Counted from the first letter of the whole stretch, positions 11,401 through 22,768 are shown. The stretch is DNA of 59,637 nt, filler included, from 8 parts of 8 records of this genome joined end to end with filler, not necessarily neighbours in it; one strand, 5' to 3'. Notes: generated by a model not told the origin, from the letters alone. Numbers and translations are program-made.

Positions 11401-12546
11401 ACCGCACTCTTCAGTTCCTAACCATAAATTCTCGTGCGAATCTTCGAATATGCACATTACAAGGTTATTGACTAACGAACTGCGTTTTGTAGTATGCTTA
11501 AAATGCTGAAAACGTCTCGGTTTTGTATTAATTACATTTATTCCTCCACCGCGGGTTCCCACCCAAATCTGCCCCACATTATCGTTAATTATCGATGTGG
11601 TAATGTTACTGTTCAGGCTTTGTTCCGAAAAATCGTTTTGAAAATGTTTGATCATGTCCCAATCCCCATTATCATTCTCTCCGTAACAAAAAACGCCGGT
11701 GCGGTGTCCACTCCAAATTCGCTTATCTTTAAACAGAACTTTTAACGATCTTTCTTCCCGAATATGCTGAACCCGGTACAAATCGGAATTATCGGGTTTG
11801 GTTATGGAATTTATTTCGAGGCCTCCAACCAAAATGCCGTTTTCAAAATCACAAATCGATTCGGCATGGCAATCGTAATACTCAATCTCCAGGTTATCGG
11901 GACTACTGTGAGGATTTACCAATCGCAATGTTACCGCGTTTGTTCCCACCCAAATATTTTTTTGCTTGTCCTGAAAAATCGTTTTTACGTTAAAATTCAA
12001 TCCTTCAACATTTTGTTCAAAAGGAATTAAATCAACGCTTTCAACCTTGCACAATGTCGAATCAAATTTCACTCTTGTAATGCTCGACCAGTTCACGGTC
12101 CACAAATAATCCTCGTCGTCAACTATTAGTGCGGTTACATCGTTCGATATTCCATTGCCATCATTGGATTTATTTTCGTAACTGGTAAACTCATCGGTTT
12201 CAGGATTTAATTTGCACACTCCTTTTCCGTAAGTGCCAATCCATATATTCCCTTTCGAATCTTCATCGATAGCAATAATAAGGTTACTCGAAATCGAATT
12301 TTTATCTTGTTCAATGCGGTAGGTTTTGTACGAATAGCCATCGAAACGGAACAAACCGTCGAGGGTGCCAATCCAAATAAAACCTTTACTGTCGTGAAAA
12401 ATGCAATTCACATCCTTGGCCGGTATATCTTTTAACGAATTTATCTGGAAGTCAGCAACATTAAATTCGGATTTTGCGCAAACATTTGTTGTACAAAAAA
12501 AAACAGCAACTAATAAACCTGATATTACTCTGAGATATCTCTTCAT
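8407..12546 (-). CDS. Hybrid two-component system sensor kinase/response regulator (HTCS)
   Basis: Reg_prop propeller repeats (DSKGNIWIGT), Y_Y_Y domain, TM, HisKA (FFTNISHEFRTPL), HATPase (NLLSNAFKY, GTGIGL), receiver (DVMMP) and AraC HTH. Confidence 0.95.
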   Translation of the reverse strand: MKRYLRVISGLLVAVFFCTTNVCAKSEFNVADFQINSLKDIPAKDVNCIFHDSKGFIWIGTLDGLFRFDGYSYKTYRIEQDKNSISSNLIIAIDEDSKGNIWIGTYGKGVCKLNPETDEFTSYENKSNDGNGISNDVTALIVDDEDYLWTVNWSSITRVKFDSTLCKVESVDLIPFEQNVEGLNFNVKTIFQDKQKNIWVGTNAVTLRLVNPHSSPDNLEIEYYDCHAESICDFENGILVGGLEINSITKPDNSDLYRVQHIREERSLKVLFKDKRIWSGHRTGVFCYGENDNGDWDMIKHFQNDFSEQSLNSNITTSIINDNVGQIWVGTRGGGINVINTKPRRFQHFKHTTKRSSLVNNLVMCIFEDSHENLWLGTEECGANVLPNGRNYADGFIPVVVNSYGSEDRVYAVEETLTPASRNHKSLIWTGTSHPKYLAAFNPATFGELTLPSELVNIGHVFALENQDDSVLWIGTYGNGLWRLSLGDDGNILKTKNFIPQNGSRVLSYIIRSIFKDSKGNIWIGTDKGLNHLSKRESLKENPVFGQFSIGEGAEHLSHDYILQIMEARNGIIWIGTMGGGLIKCTESVNGNYSFSTITGNEGLPNNTIKSIVEDNDGFLWLASNKGVTKYNPNDGNIINYDLEDGVQDLVFSEICGIKRKNGDIVLGGINGFNVFQSQHLQEDKVEPKLYFTDFLILNKDVRRGDLVDGKQILDKTIEYTKSITLDYIHNSFSIGFVGIQYNSPQKNNYRYILEGFDKEWYKASPDYRLAKYTNVPDGEYTFKVMGANSENLWIDEPLELKISIKPPKYRSPLAITIYGILLIILVVLIARIVKEITQRRRDVMLANIERERVEEISRLKLQFFTNISHEFRTPLSLISTPLEQLIKEGETYYSKNQQYNLNLIKHNVGLMMRLVTQLLDFRKLDQNKLQLKPSRQNLNEFLENIYHAFEVLAKQKNITYNFYPYKGGDEIWIDVDKMEKVIYNLLSNAFKYTNENGRIVMKIEADLESNQFVIKVSDTGIGIAEDEEIHIFERYYQSDNKKTRNISGTGIGLALAKGFVDLHQGEIGFYPNVDEGTVFFVKLRMGNAHFTSGMMVETQELSSLAAPKYQSPKAESSEEEQKIDTQNLPKMLIVEDNFDLRKQIKNIFRNEYRIYEAEDGIAGLKICKDKQPDIVVTDVMMPKMDGLELCKRLKESEETSHIPVMLLTAKNTDDTIIEGYEFGADGYVAKPFNIDVLTSRVKSLVVNREQLRKRFQKEIEINPKIISNTPADSKFLKKILGFIEANLSESDYSVEQLAADYGVSRIYLNRKIKALTGETTIEFVRNIKLKHAAELLKQNKLNVSEVAWEVGYNDIRTFRKRFKEKFEMSPSEFGKQYK

Positions 12547-12744
12547 TACACCACCAAATTAATGGATTTTTTCTTCTAAATTATTGATTTTGCACCAAAA
12601 AACTAAAAACCAACTATATTTTATATACCTAATTATCAAAGCAGTTATCAAACAAACACCCTTTGTTTTCATACACCTCCCCTGTTTTCAAATGCATACA
12701 TTTTATCAGAACAATTGCGCACCATCAAACACACCTTCTCCATA

Positions 12745-12752
12745 TAGATTTG
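12745..12752 (+). promoter_or_regulatory. Bacteroidota -7 promoter element for susC
   Basis: TAGATTTG matches TAnnTTTG, about 65 nt upstream of the susC ATG. Confidence 0.45.
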
Positions 12753-12817
12753 TATACGGTTTAATTTAACCAAACTAAAAAAAATTGAGACTAAAATTAA
12801 TTCAAAACTAAAGTGTA

Positions 12818-14040
12818 ATGAAAGAACTTAAAACTGTTTCATGGCGGCTAATGCTTTTATTGGTATTGCTGCTTGCCATGGGTGGACGTTTGTTCGCACA
12901 GGAAACGAATGTTTCGGGACAAGTAACTGACAACGACACAGGTGAGCCTTTGCCGGGTGTTAGTGTTGTTGTAAAAGGTACCACTAACGGTACTGCAACC
13001 AACTTCGATGGAAACTATTCGTTAGCTGTACCAAGCGGCGCAACCCTGATTTTTACTTTTGTGGGATACACCCAGTATGAGGTAGAAGTTACTAACCAGA
13101 CTTCTATTAATGTAGAACTTAAAACCGACATGGTTGCTTTGGAAGAAGTAATTGCGGTTGGTTACGGTGTTCAGAGGAAAAAGGAACTAACCGGTGCCGT
13201 TGCCCAGGTAAAAGCCGAGGAAATGACAAAAATTGTTGCTTCCGATTTTACCAAAGCTTTACAAGGGCAAGTTGCCGGTGTTAGTGTTATAGAAAGTAGT
13301 GGTCGCCCGGGAGACCAGGCCAACATCCAGATTCGTGGTTTGGGTTCTATTTCCAGCGATGCAAGTCCGCTTTACGTTGTTGATGGAATTCCTTACAACA
13401 GCAACCCGAATATTCCGTCAGAAGAAATTGCTACTGTTGATATTTTGAAAGACGGTGCTGCCGCTGCGGTTTACGGAACACGTGCATCTAACGGTGTAAT
13501 TCTTATTACTACCAAACGTGGTAAAGCAGGCGAAACAAAAGTTAGCATGACAGCTTATTATGGTATTCAAAATATTACTTCGGGAACAGAATTACTGAAT
13601 ACACCTGAACACCTTTATGTTGACGAAATGATACAGGTTTCGCAAGGTTCTCATTCAAGTATTCTGTATTACAACCCGAATGCTATGGATTACGACACCG
13701 ATTTTGTTGGTGCCATTACCGAAGATAACGCGCCAATTCAGAATTACAACCTAACACTTTCGGGTGGTAAAGAAGATGTTACATTTAATGTAAACACCAA
13801 CTATTTTCAACAGGATGGTATTTTGCGCCAGTCGGGTTACGACCGTTTTACAACCCGCGCCAATGCCACTTTGAAAAAAGGCAAATTCGATGCCTTTGCA
13901 AGTATCGGCATGATGCACTCGAACAAAGAAGTTGAACCCTGGGGATTGTATGAGTTTGCTATTTTTAATGGTCCTTACCGTCGCCCGCTTGGTAGTTTAG
14001 AAACTACCGACAACTCCGTAATTATTCCGGGAAACAATCC
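12818..14040 (+). CDS. susC: SusC/RagA TonB-dependent transporter (N-terminal part, truncated by contig end)
   Basis: Carboxypeptidase-like N-domain (GEPLPGVSVVVKGTTNGTATNFDGNY); plug domain (PLYVVDG, LKDGAAAAVYGTRASNGVILITTKRG). Confidence 0.93.
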
Positions 14041-14140
14041 NNNNNNNNNNNNNNNNNNNNNNNNNNNNNNNNNNNNNNNNNNNNTTAATTAATTAANNNN
14101 NNNNNNNNNNNNNNNNNNNNNNNNNNNNNNNNNNNNNNNN
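14041..14140. other. Artificial contig spacer (N44-TTAATTAATTAA-N44)
   Basis: Six-frame stop linker flanked by Ns; gene style and base composition change across it. Confidence 0.98.
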
Positions 14141-14278
14141 GAAAGTGGAAAAATATAGAATTTAATTTGCTCTGGTACTTATGGAGTTTTGACGCGATTT
14201 ATCGGTTGATGCAATGGATGGATCGGTGGCAATCAATATCATGTCCTTTTGAAAATCTTAAAATCGAGGAGAGTGAGT

Positions 14279-16838
14279 ATGAAAAATCTTAAATTGGGAT
14301 TGAAAATCTCATTGGGTTTCGCACTTCTGATCCTTATTGCAGGGTCACTGGGGTTGACTGCGATTTGGGAGATGCACAAAGTGGAGATAGAGAGTACAAT
14401 GCTGGCCCAGGAGTATGTACCTGAAGTGGATGTGGCTGTTGAGCTGAGGGGGGCTGCAAACCGTGTGATGTATGAGATGAGGGGATATGGATTTACCGAG
14501 GAAGAGAAATTCTATGCAAATGCCCAAAAAGAGCTGAAGGCTGTGGAGACGGCACTGGAAGAAGCGCGCGAGCTTGAGGCGAACTCCCCCACCTTGTGAA
14601 GCTCAAAGGACAGATTCAGTCGGCAACCGATGCAGTGAACGCGTATGAAGAGCTGGTTCAACAGACGGTGGATACCAATTCAAAACTGGCTGAAAATAGA
14701 AAGGTGCTGGATTCGTCGGCGTTGCAATACATGACGAGCAGCAATGCATTTCTGGCGGGGCAGAATGACAAATTCAGGATTGACCTTGGGGAGCGCCAGG
14801 AAAAGATAAGAATTGTCACAGAGCTTGTACACACGGGTTCCGACACAAGGGTGTTGAATTTTAAATCCCAGGCCCTTGATGATTCGCAGCTCATGGAGCG
14901 TGCCATAAAAACCATCGACAAGGTACCGGCACTCCTCGATGAGCTGAGGAAAATTACCCGGGACAAAGAGGACATTCAACGCATTGAAGAGACGGAATCG
15001 GCTGCTGAAAATTACCAGACCGCCATGCGCCAGTTTCTGATGGAATATCAAAGGGGGAGCATGGCGGATTCCGTTATGATGGCGAAACACCGCAGGGAAA
15101 TGGACAAAAATGCCGGAATTTATGTGAAGAACTGCGATGAATTTCTTAAAGGCCAACAGGAAAAACTGACAAAGGACATGCTGGAAAGACAGTCCAAGAT
15201 CACTTTGGTCAATGATATCATCGACCTTGGAAACGCAACCAGAATCAGTGCGTTTAAATCCCAGGCCCTTCGCAATCCGGAACTGATGGATGCGGCACTG
15301 AACAATTTTCCGAAAATAGACAACAAGTTTGACGCGCTGAAAAAGATAACCCGTCTTCCGGAGGATCTCAAAAGAATCGATGAGGTGAAGGCCGCAGGGA
15401 ATTCGTATAAAAATGCCATGGTTGCCTTCCTTGACAACTGGCAGATTCTGCAGAAGCTGGGGGGCAAAGAGACGAAAAGGGTAAAGCCCTCATCGATGCC
15501 TGCAAAATTACGGCTGCCGCAGGCCTGGAGGCAACGGACAGGATTGCCAAGGGGGCGCTGGCGTCTCTTTCCAATGCCTCCACCATCATGATTATCGGAT
15601 TGATATTCGCAGTTTTGGTTGGTATTGTCATATCGTTCCTGATCACCAAAAGCATTACAGGTCCGGTTTTGAAAAGCGTGGGATTCATAAAAACCGTTGC
15701 CCAGGGAGACTTGAATGTCACATCCGGTATTGATCAGAAGGATGAGATCGGTATCCTGGCCGAGGCCCTGGACAAAATGGTGGACAATCTCAAAGATACG
15801 GTGAAGGTGGCGGAACAGATCTCCAACGGAAATCTTAGGGTAAATGTGAATATCCTCTCTGAAAGGGATGCCCTGGGCCATGCCTTGGATAAGATGATCA
15901 CGGACCTGAAAAACACCGTAACGGAAGTCAAGGCCGGATCCGACAATGTGGCTGCCGGCAGTGAACAACTCTCATCTTCCTCGGAAGAGCTCTCTTCAGG
16001 TGCCACAGAGCAGGCCTCATCCGCAGAAGAGGCCTCGGCTGCCATGGAGGAGATGACCTCCAATATCCGGCAGAATGCTGAAAATGCCCAGCAGACCGAA
16101 CGTCTGGCCATCCAAGCCGCAGATGATGCTCAAAAAGGGGGAGAGGCGGTGGAGCAGACCGTTGATGCCATGAAGGAGATTGCCGAAAAGATTTCCATCA
16201 TTGAAGAGATCTCCCGCCAGACCAATATGCTGGCCTTAAACGCAGCCATCGAGGCGGCAAGGGCCGGGGAGCACGGCAAAGGGTTTGCCGTGGTGGCGGA
16301 TGCCGTGAGAAAGCTGGCCGAACGGAGCCAGGCAGCCGCGGCAGAGATCAGTAAACTCTCGGTCTCCAGTGTGGAGATCGCTGAAAATGCAGGAGAAATG
16401 CTCGGCAAGATCGTGCCGGATATTCGGAAAACATCGGAACTGGTCCAGGAGATCAATGCCGCATCCAACGAACAGAATACCGGGGCTGACCAGATTAACC
16501 AGGCCCTGCTCCAGCTGGATCAGGTGATCCAGCAGAATGCCTCATCCTCCGAAGAGATGTCTTCCACGGCAGAAGAGCTGTCTGCCCAGGCAGAACAGCT
16601 CCAGAATGCTGTGGCCTTCTTTAAGGTGGACGACGAAAGAAATGTTACTGTCTATCCGGAAACATCCCCAAAAAAGCCTGACATCCGAAAGCCGGCCAGA
16701 AGAGTTGAGAGAAAACCGCCGGACCATTTACCGGATGACGAGCCACAGGAGTCCAGGGACGGCAAGGGAATCCAGATTGACCTTGCCGGAGACACCTCGG
16801 GCCGGGATGCTCTGGACAGTGAGTTTGAAAAGTACTAA
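14279..16838 (+). CDS. Methyl-accepting chemotaxis protein with large helical periplasmic sensor; two apparent frameshifts
   Basis: RBS AGGAG before ATG 14279; TM1, helical sensor, TM2, HAMPs, signalling domain ([23 protein letters not shown]), C-terminal EFEKY pentapeptide. Frame breaks near the C-run at about 14586-14590 and near 15466. Confidence 0.88.
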
Positions 16839-16859
16839 CCGTACAAAGGAGACACCAAA

Positions 16860-17420
16860 ATGGCCGAGAACACCATGGCAGGTCAATATCTGACGTTCAA
16901 ACTGGAGCGGGAGGTCTATGCCCTGGAAATCAGGCAAGTTCGGGAGGTACTTGATTTTACGGAGATCACCCAGGTGCCGGGGATGCCCGAATTTACCCGG
17001 GGAATCATCAATCTGAGGGAGAGTGTGGTCCCTGTGGTGGATCTGAAGCTGAAATTCGATATGCCGAAAACCCAAAAGAGCATGGATACCTGCATCATCA
17101 TTATTGATTTTTCCATTGACGGAGAAGCCTCTCTGATGGGAGTTTTGGCCGATTCCGTCCAGGAAGTGCTGACCCTGGAGTCAGACCGGCTGGAGCCGGT
17201 CTCTAAGATGGGATCCCGTCTAAAGTCAGGCTATATCAAAGGCATCGGAAAAAAAGAGGGGCAGTTTATCATCATCCTGGATCTGGAAAAAATCTTTTCC
17301 CTGGAAGAGATTCAGGAGGTCGCCCCCACGGAGATGCACCTGCCTGAAGGAACCGAAGCACCGGACAGCGACCAGCCGGAAAAAGAGGAGGAAACATCAG
17401 GGAATCAACGATCCATATGA
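16860..17420 (+). CDS. cheW: Chemotaxis coupling protein CheW
   Basis: QYLTFKL...YALEIRQVREVL...GIINLRESVVPVVDL. Confidence 0.93.
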   Translation: MAENTMAGQYLTFKLEREVYALEIRQVREVLDFTEITQVPGMPEFTRGIINLRESVVPVVDLKLKFDMPKTQKSMDTCIIIIDFSIDGEASLMGVLADSVQEVLTLESDRLEPVSKMGSRLKSGYIKGIGKKEGQFIIILDLEKIFSLEEIQEVAPTEMHLPEGTEAPDSDQPEKEEETSGNQRSI

Positions 17421-18256
17421 CGACACTACCCAAACTCTCCGACAATGATTTCCAGAGGCTGGGGAGCTTTATTCATGAACGGCTGGGCATCAAAATGCCC
17501 GGCCAAAAAAAGGGTATGGTGGAATCCAGGCTCAGAAAAAGGGTGACCCAGCTGGGAATGGGGTCCTACTCCGAGTATACAGCGTATTTTTTCAGCAAAA
17601 GAGGGTTCCACCAGGAGCTACCCCATCTCATTGATGCCATTACCACCAACAAGACCGATTTTTTCCGGGAACCCAGGCATTTTGACTATTTAACCGCCCA
17701 TGCCCTTCCTGAATTGCTCGCATTGAAAAAAGGAGGAAGGCAAAAAATCAATGCCTGGAGTTCCGCCTGTTCCCGGGGAGACGAGCCCTATACCCTGGCC
17801 ATGGTGCTGGCGGACTATTTAAAGGACAGATCCGGGTTTGATTTTTCCATCCTGGCAACGGATATCTCCGAAAAGGTGTTGAATATTGCCCAAAAAGCCG
17901 TATACGACCACGATGCCATTGAGCCGGTTCCCCAGGATTTCAGGAAGAAATACCTGCTCAGAAGTGTGGACAGGTCAAAAAAACGGGTCAGAATCGTACC
18001 CGGACTCAGGGCAAGGGTCACGTTCAAACAGCTGAACCTGACAACCGGCTTTACCTTCCAGTCAAAATTCGACATTGTCTTTTGCAGGAACGTGATCATC
18101 TATTTTGACAAACCCACCACCAATCGCTTGATTTCGCGAATCTGCAGTCAGATGAACAACAAAGGATTTCTCTTTATGGGACATTCGGAGATATTGGAGC
18201 AGCGTCTCTTCCCCCTGCAAGCCGTTACATCCAATATTTATCAGAAGAACGGATAG
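17417..18256 (+). CDS. cheR: Chemotaxis methyltransferase CheR
   Basis: [45 protein letters not shown] motifs. Confidence 0.95.
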   Translation: MTTLPKLSDNDFQRLGSFIHERLGIKMPGQKKGMVESRLRKRVTQLGMGSYSEYTAYFFSKRGFHQELPHLIDAITTNKTDFFREPRHFDYLTAHALPELLALKKGGRQKINAWSSACSRGDEPYTLAMVLADYLKDRSGFDFSILATDISEKVLNIAQKAVYDHDAIEPVPQDFRKKYLLRSVDRSKKRVRIVPGLRARVTFKQLNLTTGFTFQSKFDIVFCRNVIIYFDKPTTNRLISRICSQMNNKGFLFMGHSEILEQRLFPLQAVTSNIYQKNG

Positions 18257-18269
18257 GATAGAAACTGGT

Positions 18270-19333
<1,064 letters not shown>

Positions 19334-19341
19334 TACGGGCG

Positions 19342-19934
19342 ATGGTCATCCACTATGTGAAGAACATCCGGTTCAACCGGAAGATAAAAAATGAGGTCAG
19401 GATTCATATCGGAGACTATTATACCACCCGGGACCCTGTGATCATCAGCACCCTTCTGGGATCCTGTGTGGCGGTCTGCCTCAGAGACCGGGAAAACGGA
19501 ATTTCCGGTATGAATCATATCCTTCTGCCCGGGGAGGCTGATTTGAGAAAACTCGGCATGCAGACCCGTTACGGCATCAATGCCATGGAGGAACTGATCC
19601 ATTCCATGATGCGAAAAGGGGCGGACCGGCAAAGACTTACTGCAAAGGTCTTCGGAGGGGCCAATGTCTTACCCTCCATTGTCAAGTATGGCGCCGTCGG
19701 CCCCAAAATAGTAAAATTAGTCACTCGATTTCTTCGAATTGAAAAGATTCCGGTCCTGGCCCGGGATGTGGGGGCACCAGGGCAAGAAAAATATATTTTG
19801 ATACCGATGTCGGAGATGTCCATGTGAAGAAGTTAAAACCGGTAAAATTTCTCAAAGTGACCCCGGCAGAAAGAGAAAACGAAAAAAAGATCTAACTATC
19901 CGTTAAAAAGAATACGGATATCACCTTTATTTAA
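19342..19934 (+). CDS. cheD: Chemoreceptor glutamine deamidase CheD; frameshift(s) in the 3' part, end approximate
   Basis: TLLGSCVAVCL, GMNHILLP, RYGINAMEELI, AKVFGGA. The frame breaks in the G-run near 19770 and resumes as RARKIYFDT. Confidence 0.85.
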
Positions 19935-19951
19935 TCTAAGGGAGGTGGCAT

Positions 19952-20452
19952 ATGTCCGCCAACGAAGAGATATTCGCATCAGGTCAATACCTCTCATTTC
20001 TTCTGGACAATGAGACCTATGCATTTAACATTCAAAGGGTCCGGGAAGTGATTGACGTCCCCCGGATTACCCATGTACCGCGAATGCCGAAGCACATATT
20101 GGGAGCCATCAACCTCAGGGGCGGGGTCGTACCGGTCATTGACCTCTCCCTCAAGTTCGGACTACCTGTAAAAAAGAGAAGTGTCGACACCTGTATTATC
20201 ATAGTTGAACTGATTCAGGCAGGGGAGATGGTTGTCATCGGAACCCTTGTGGACGCCATTAAAGAGGTGTTGACCCTGGATAAAGATGAAATCGAAGGAA
20301 CACCGAAAATCGGAATGCGGATCGAGACGGATTATGTGACGGGCATTGGAAAAAGGGATGACGATTTCATTATTATTCTCGATATAAATAAGCTGATGTT
20401 TCAAGAAGAGTATGCCGCATCAAAGGAAACTGTATTGGAACAATCTGAATAG
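19952..20452 (+). CDS. cheW: Chemotaxis coupling protein CheW (second copy)
   Basis: GQYLSFLL, GAINLRGGVVPVIDL; RBS GGAGG. Confidence 0.93.
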   Translation: MSANEEIFASGQYLSFLLDNETYAFNIQRVREVIDVPRITHVPRMPKHILGAINLRGGVVPVIDLSLKFGLPVKKRSVDTCIIIVELIQAGEMVVIGTLVDAIKEVLTLDKDEIEGTPKIGMRIETDYVTGIGKRDDDFIIILDINKLMFQEEYAASKETVLEQSE

Positions 20453-20523
20453 GCGATCACCATGGGAGTGCAGAAAAACCGCTAAAATCGCTTTTCACAA
20501 CTACCACAATGTGAGATAATCCA

Positions 20524-20552
20524 TTGACAAGCATTCCATTGTGGAATAGCTT
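20524..20552 (+). promoter_or_regulatory. Sigma70-type promoter with embedded palindromic operator
   Basis: TTGACA (20524-20529), 17 bp spacer, TAGCTT (20547-20552); ATTCCA-TTG-TGGAAT inverted repeat at 20533-20547. Confidence 0.6.
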
Positions 20553-20696
20553 TTCCACTGTTTTAAAATATTCTTTGGGAATTGTTCGTATATGACAGTC
20601 CATGACTTTGCAAGTTCTCGGATTTTCATGTTTGTTGTGTCAGTTGGCCTGACATGGCTGTTATTCCCTAACACATAACGGAAAAGACACCATCCC

Positions 20697-21080
20697 ATGG
20701 ACAGCACGGCGTTCAAAAAAATTCGAAGCGATTTCGGCAAAACCCAAAAGGAGATGGCACAACTTCTGGGTGTTTCTTTAAAAGCCATTCACAGCTACGA
20801 GCAAGGATGGCGCACCATTCCCTACCATGTGGAGCGTCAGCTTCTATTTATTCTTGCCAGACTCCATCAATACAACCATGACAACGAAAAGTGTTGGGAA
20901 CTCATCGACTGCCCTGACTCGCGTCGGGAAAACTGTCCGGCATGGGAATTCAACTGTGGAGACATGTGCTGGTTCATCAACGGCACCATTTGCAGCGGGA
21001 AGTCTCTTAAAGATTGGAAAACCAAGATTGCTTTGTGCAGAGAGTGTGATGTATTTCACCAATTTTTCAATCAGAAATAA
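20697..21080 (+). CDS. XRE-family HTH regulator with C-terminal Cys-rich two-CW domain
   Basis: KTQKEMAQLLGVSLKAIHSYEQGWR HTH, then CWELIDC...CPAW...CGDMCW...C...CREC. Confidence 0.8.
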   Translation: MDSTAFKKIRSDFGKTQKEMAQLLGVSLKAIHSYEQGWRTIPYHVERQLLFILARLHQYNHDNEKCWELIDCPDSRRENCPAWEFNCGDMCWFINGTICSGKSLKDWKTKIALCRECDVFHQFFNQK

Positions 21081-21132
21081 CGGGCTTGTCACCCTAGATG
21101 TCAAATAACGGCCATGTCAGGCCACCTGACAC

Positions 21133-21232
21133 NNNNNNNNNNNNNNNNNNNNNNNNNNNNNNNNNNNNNNNNNNNNTTAATTAATTAANNNNNNNNNNNN
21201 NNNNNNNNNNNNNNNNNNNNNNNNNNNNNNNN
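21133..21232. other. Artificial contig spacer
   Basis: N44-TTAATTAATTAA-N44. Confidence 0.98.
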
Positions 21233-21261
21233 GGAATAATGACACAGTCATTATACTCCAA
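21233..21261 (-). promoter_or_regulatory. Operator-like palindrome ATAATGAC-ACA-GTCATTAT within a putative minus-strand promoter
   Basis: 8-bp inverted repeat at 21236-21254; near-identical element at 26344-26362; minus strand reads TTGGAG-17-TATTCC, pointing off the contig end. Confidence 0.6.
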
Positions 21262-21360
21262 AAGAGGGAATGATTATAGATGCGGCGGGTGGTCTTTTTT
21301 TACCAGTATAAATGCAGTTTTACCCGCCGCGATTAAAGTAGTTATATATTTTTTGTCTGG

Positions 21361-22311
21361 TTACTCCAGAGGAATACGATCTTTGTTTTTCGACAGCCAC
21401 GAAGAAAAGGTCTGTAATGATTGATTTATTGATCTGGAAAAGTCGAGGTTACGCGCGCCACAAAAGTTGTTTTCGAAATCACGTTTGAATTGAAACATAT
21501 TACCGAGATCGTCTGCTCCGGGAAATCCAAAGCTGCGGTAAACCTCGGGTTCGACTGCATTATAGACCACTTCCTGCCCCAAAGCTTCTGTGAGAGCCCG
21601 GGTCATTTGTGAACCTGTCAAGTGTTCTCCGGCAATTCCAACTGTTTTTCCGATAAACTCACTGCCTCTTTTAAAAATGCCATAAGCACATTTGCCGATA
21701 TCTTCGGCAGCAATGCCCGGAAGTTTTTTATCACCCATTGGTAATGTAAAAGCCAGCTTGCCATCAGGCCCCTTTTTCGGTCCCATACCGAAATAGATCA
21801 GATTATCCCAGTAAAAAGAAGTCAGCAAAAAGGTTACAGGTACACCGGCTGCGGTAAAATAAGAGTCTGATTCTCCTTTTGCGTCAAAGTGCGGTACCTT
21901 GTACTTTTCCATAAGGGTTGGCATGCGGGTGTCACTGAGTGGTACCCATTTGCGTGTATCTTCAAGGGTGGACCAGATGACATGCTGAATGTCAGCCTCT
22001 TTTGCAGCATCTGCCATAGCTTTCACCTGTGCCAGTTCCTTTTCGGGTGAAAAGTGCTCCCAGAAAAAAGTAACACAATAAACGCCATAAGCACCTTTGA
22101 ACGCGTTTTTTAAACTTGCCGGGTCATCGACATCGACAGCCACGACCTCTGCACCCAGCCTGGCCAATTCCTTTGCTTTGTCAGAATTGACGTTTCTTGT
22201 GAGTGCCCGGGCCGTAAATCCACTACCCGGATCACTCATAATAGCACGAACAAGCCCGCCACCCTGTGCACCGGTAGCACCTAACACGGCAATTATTTTA
22301 TTATTAGACAT
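21361..22311 (-). CDS. NmrA/HSCARG-family NAD(P)-binding protein
   Basis: IAVLGATGAQGGG Rossmann motif; VPHFDAKGE; GFPGADDLGNMF. Confidence 0.92.
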   Translation of the reverse strand: MSNNKIIAVLGATGAQGGGLVRAIMSDPGSGFTARALTRNVNSDKAKELARLGAEVVAVDVDDPASLKNAFKGAYGVYCVTFFWEHFSPEKELAQVKAMADAAKEADIQHVIWSTLEDTRKWVPLSDTRMPTLMEKYKVPHFDAKGESDSYFTAAGVPVTFLLTSFYWDNLIYFGMGPKKGPDGKLAFTLPMGDKKLPGIAAEDIGKCAYGIFKRGSEFIGKTVGIAGEHLTGSQMTRALTEALGQEVVYNAVEPEVYRSFGFPGADDLGNMFQFKRDFENNFCGARNLDFSRSINQSLQTFSSWLSKNKDRIPLE

Positions 22312-22768
22312 AGAAATCTCCTGTTTTAGTCATGTTAATATGTCAATTTAAACCTGAAGGATCCTGTGCTGTCTATGGCTGAATAAACCAGCAAGTGTTG
22401 GATCTATTGCTTTCTTTAAAAAGCATGTCCGGTTCTGTTTTTTCAAAGTGATTGTATCAACACTTTAGCTGTTCTCACCATATCTGTTCTGGAAAAACCG
22501 CGGTGAATCTTGTCGGCCCAACAGAGTTAATCAGTTTTGCTAAAATTAATACACTTTGTTCCGCGTTTTAATTCCCGTATGTTTTCTAATTTAATGGTGA
22601 CTGCCATATTTTGAGTGTTTTATAAAATATTCAGGATGGAATTTGCGTTGTTTTATTGCGGAAAGGAATCGTGAATAGTATCAATACTCCGGAGGTTTTA
22701 AAAGGCCGGGTCAAAATCGAGGAGAAATACTGAATCACCGGCCTATTGGAACAACTAGTGCAGAACTA

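Noticed and set aside
14041-14140. Repeated TTAATTAATTAA elements as a biological repeat or CRISPR-like array
   Set aside because: Identical N-flanked six-frame-stop linkers are assembly artefacts. No CRISPR array, rRNA or tRNA was recognised in the window.
21282-21330. Inverted repeat GCGGCGGGT...ACCCGCCGC downstream of the NmrA gene
   Set aside because: Loop of about 31 nt and no clear U-tract; cannot be called a terminator or RNA element.
22380-22607. Possible degenerate small ORF (antitoxin-like) between the helicase and NmrA genes
   Set aside because: Needs several frameshifts and contains stops; similarity too weak to support.
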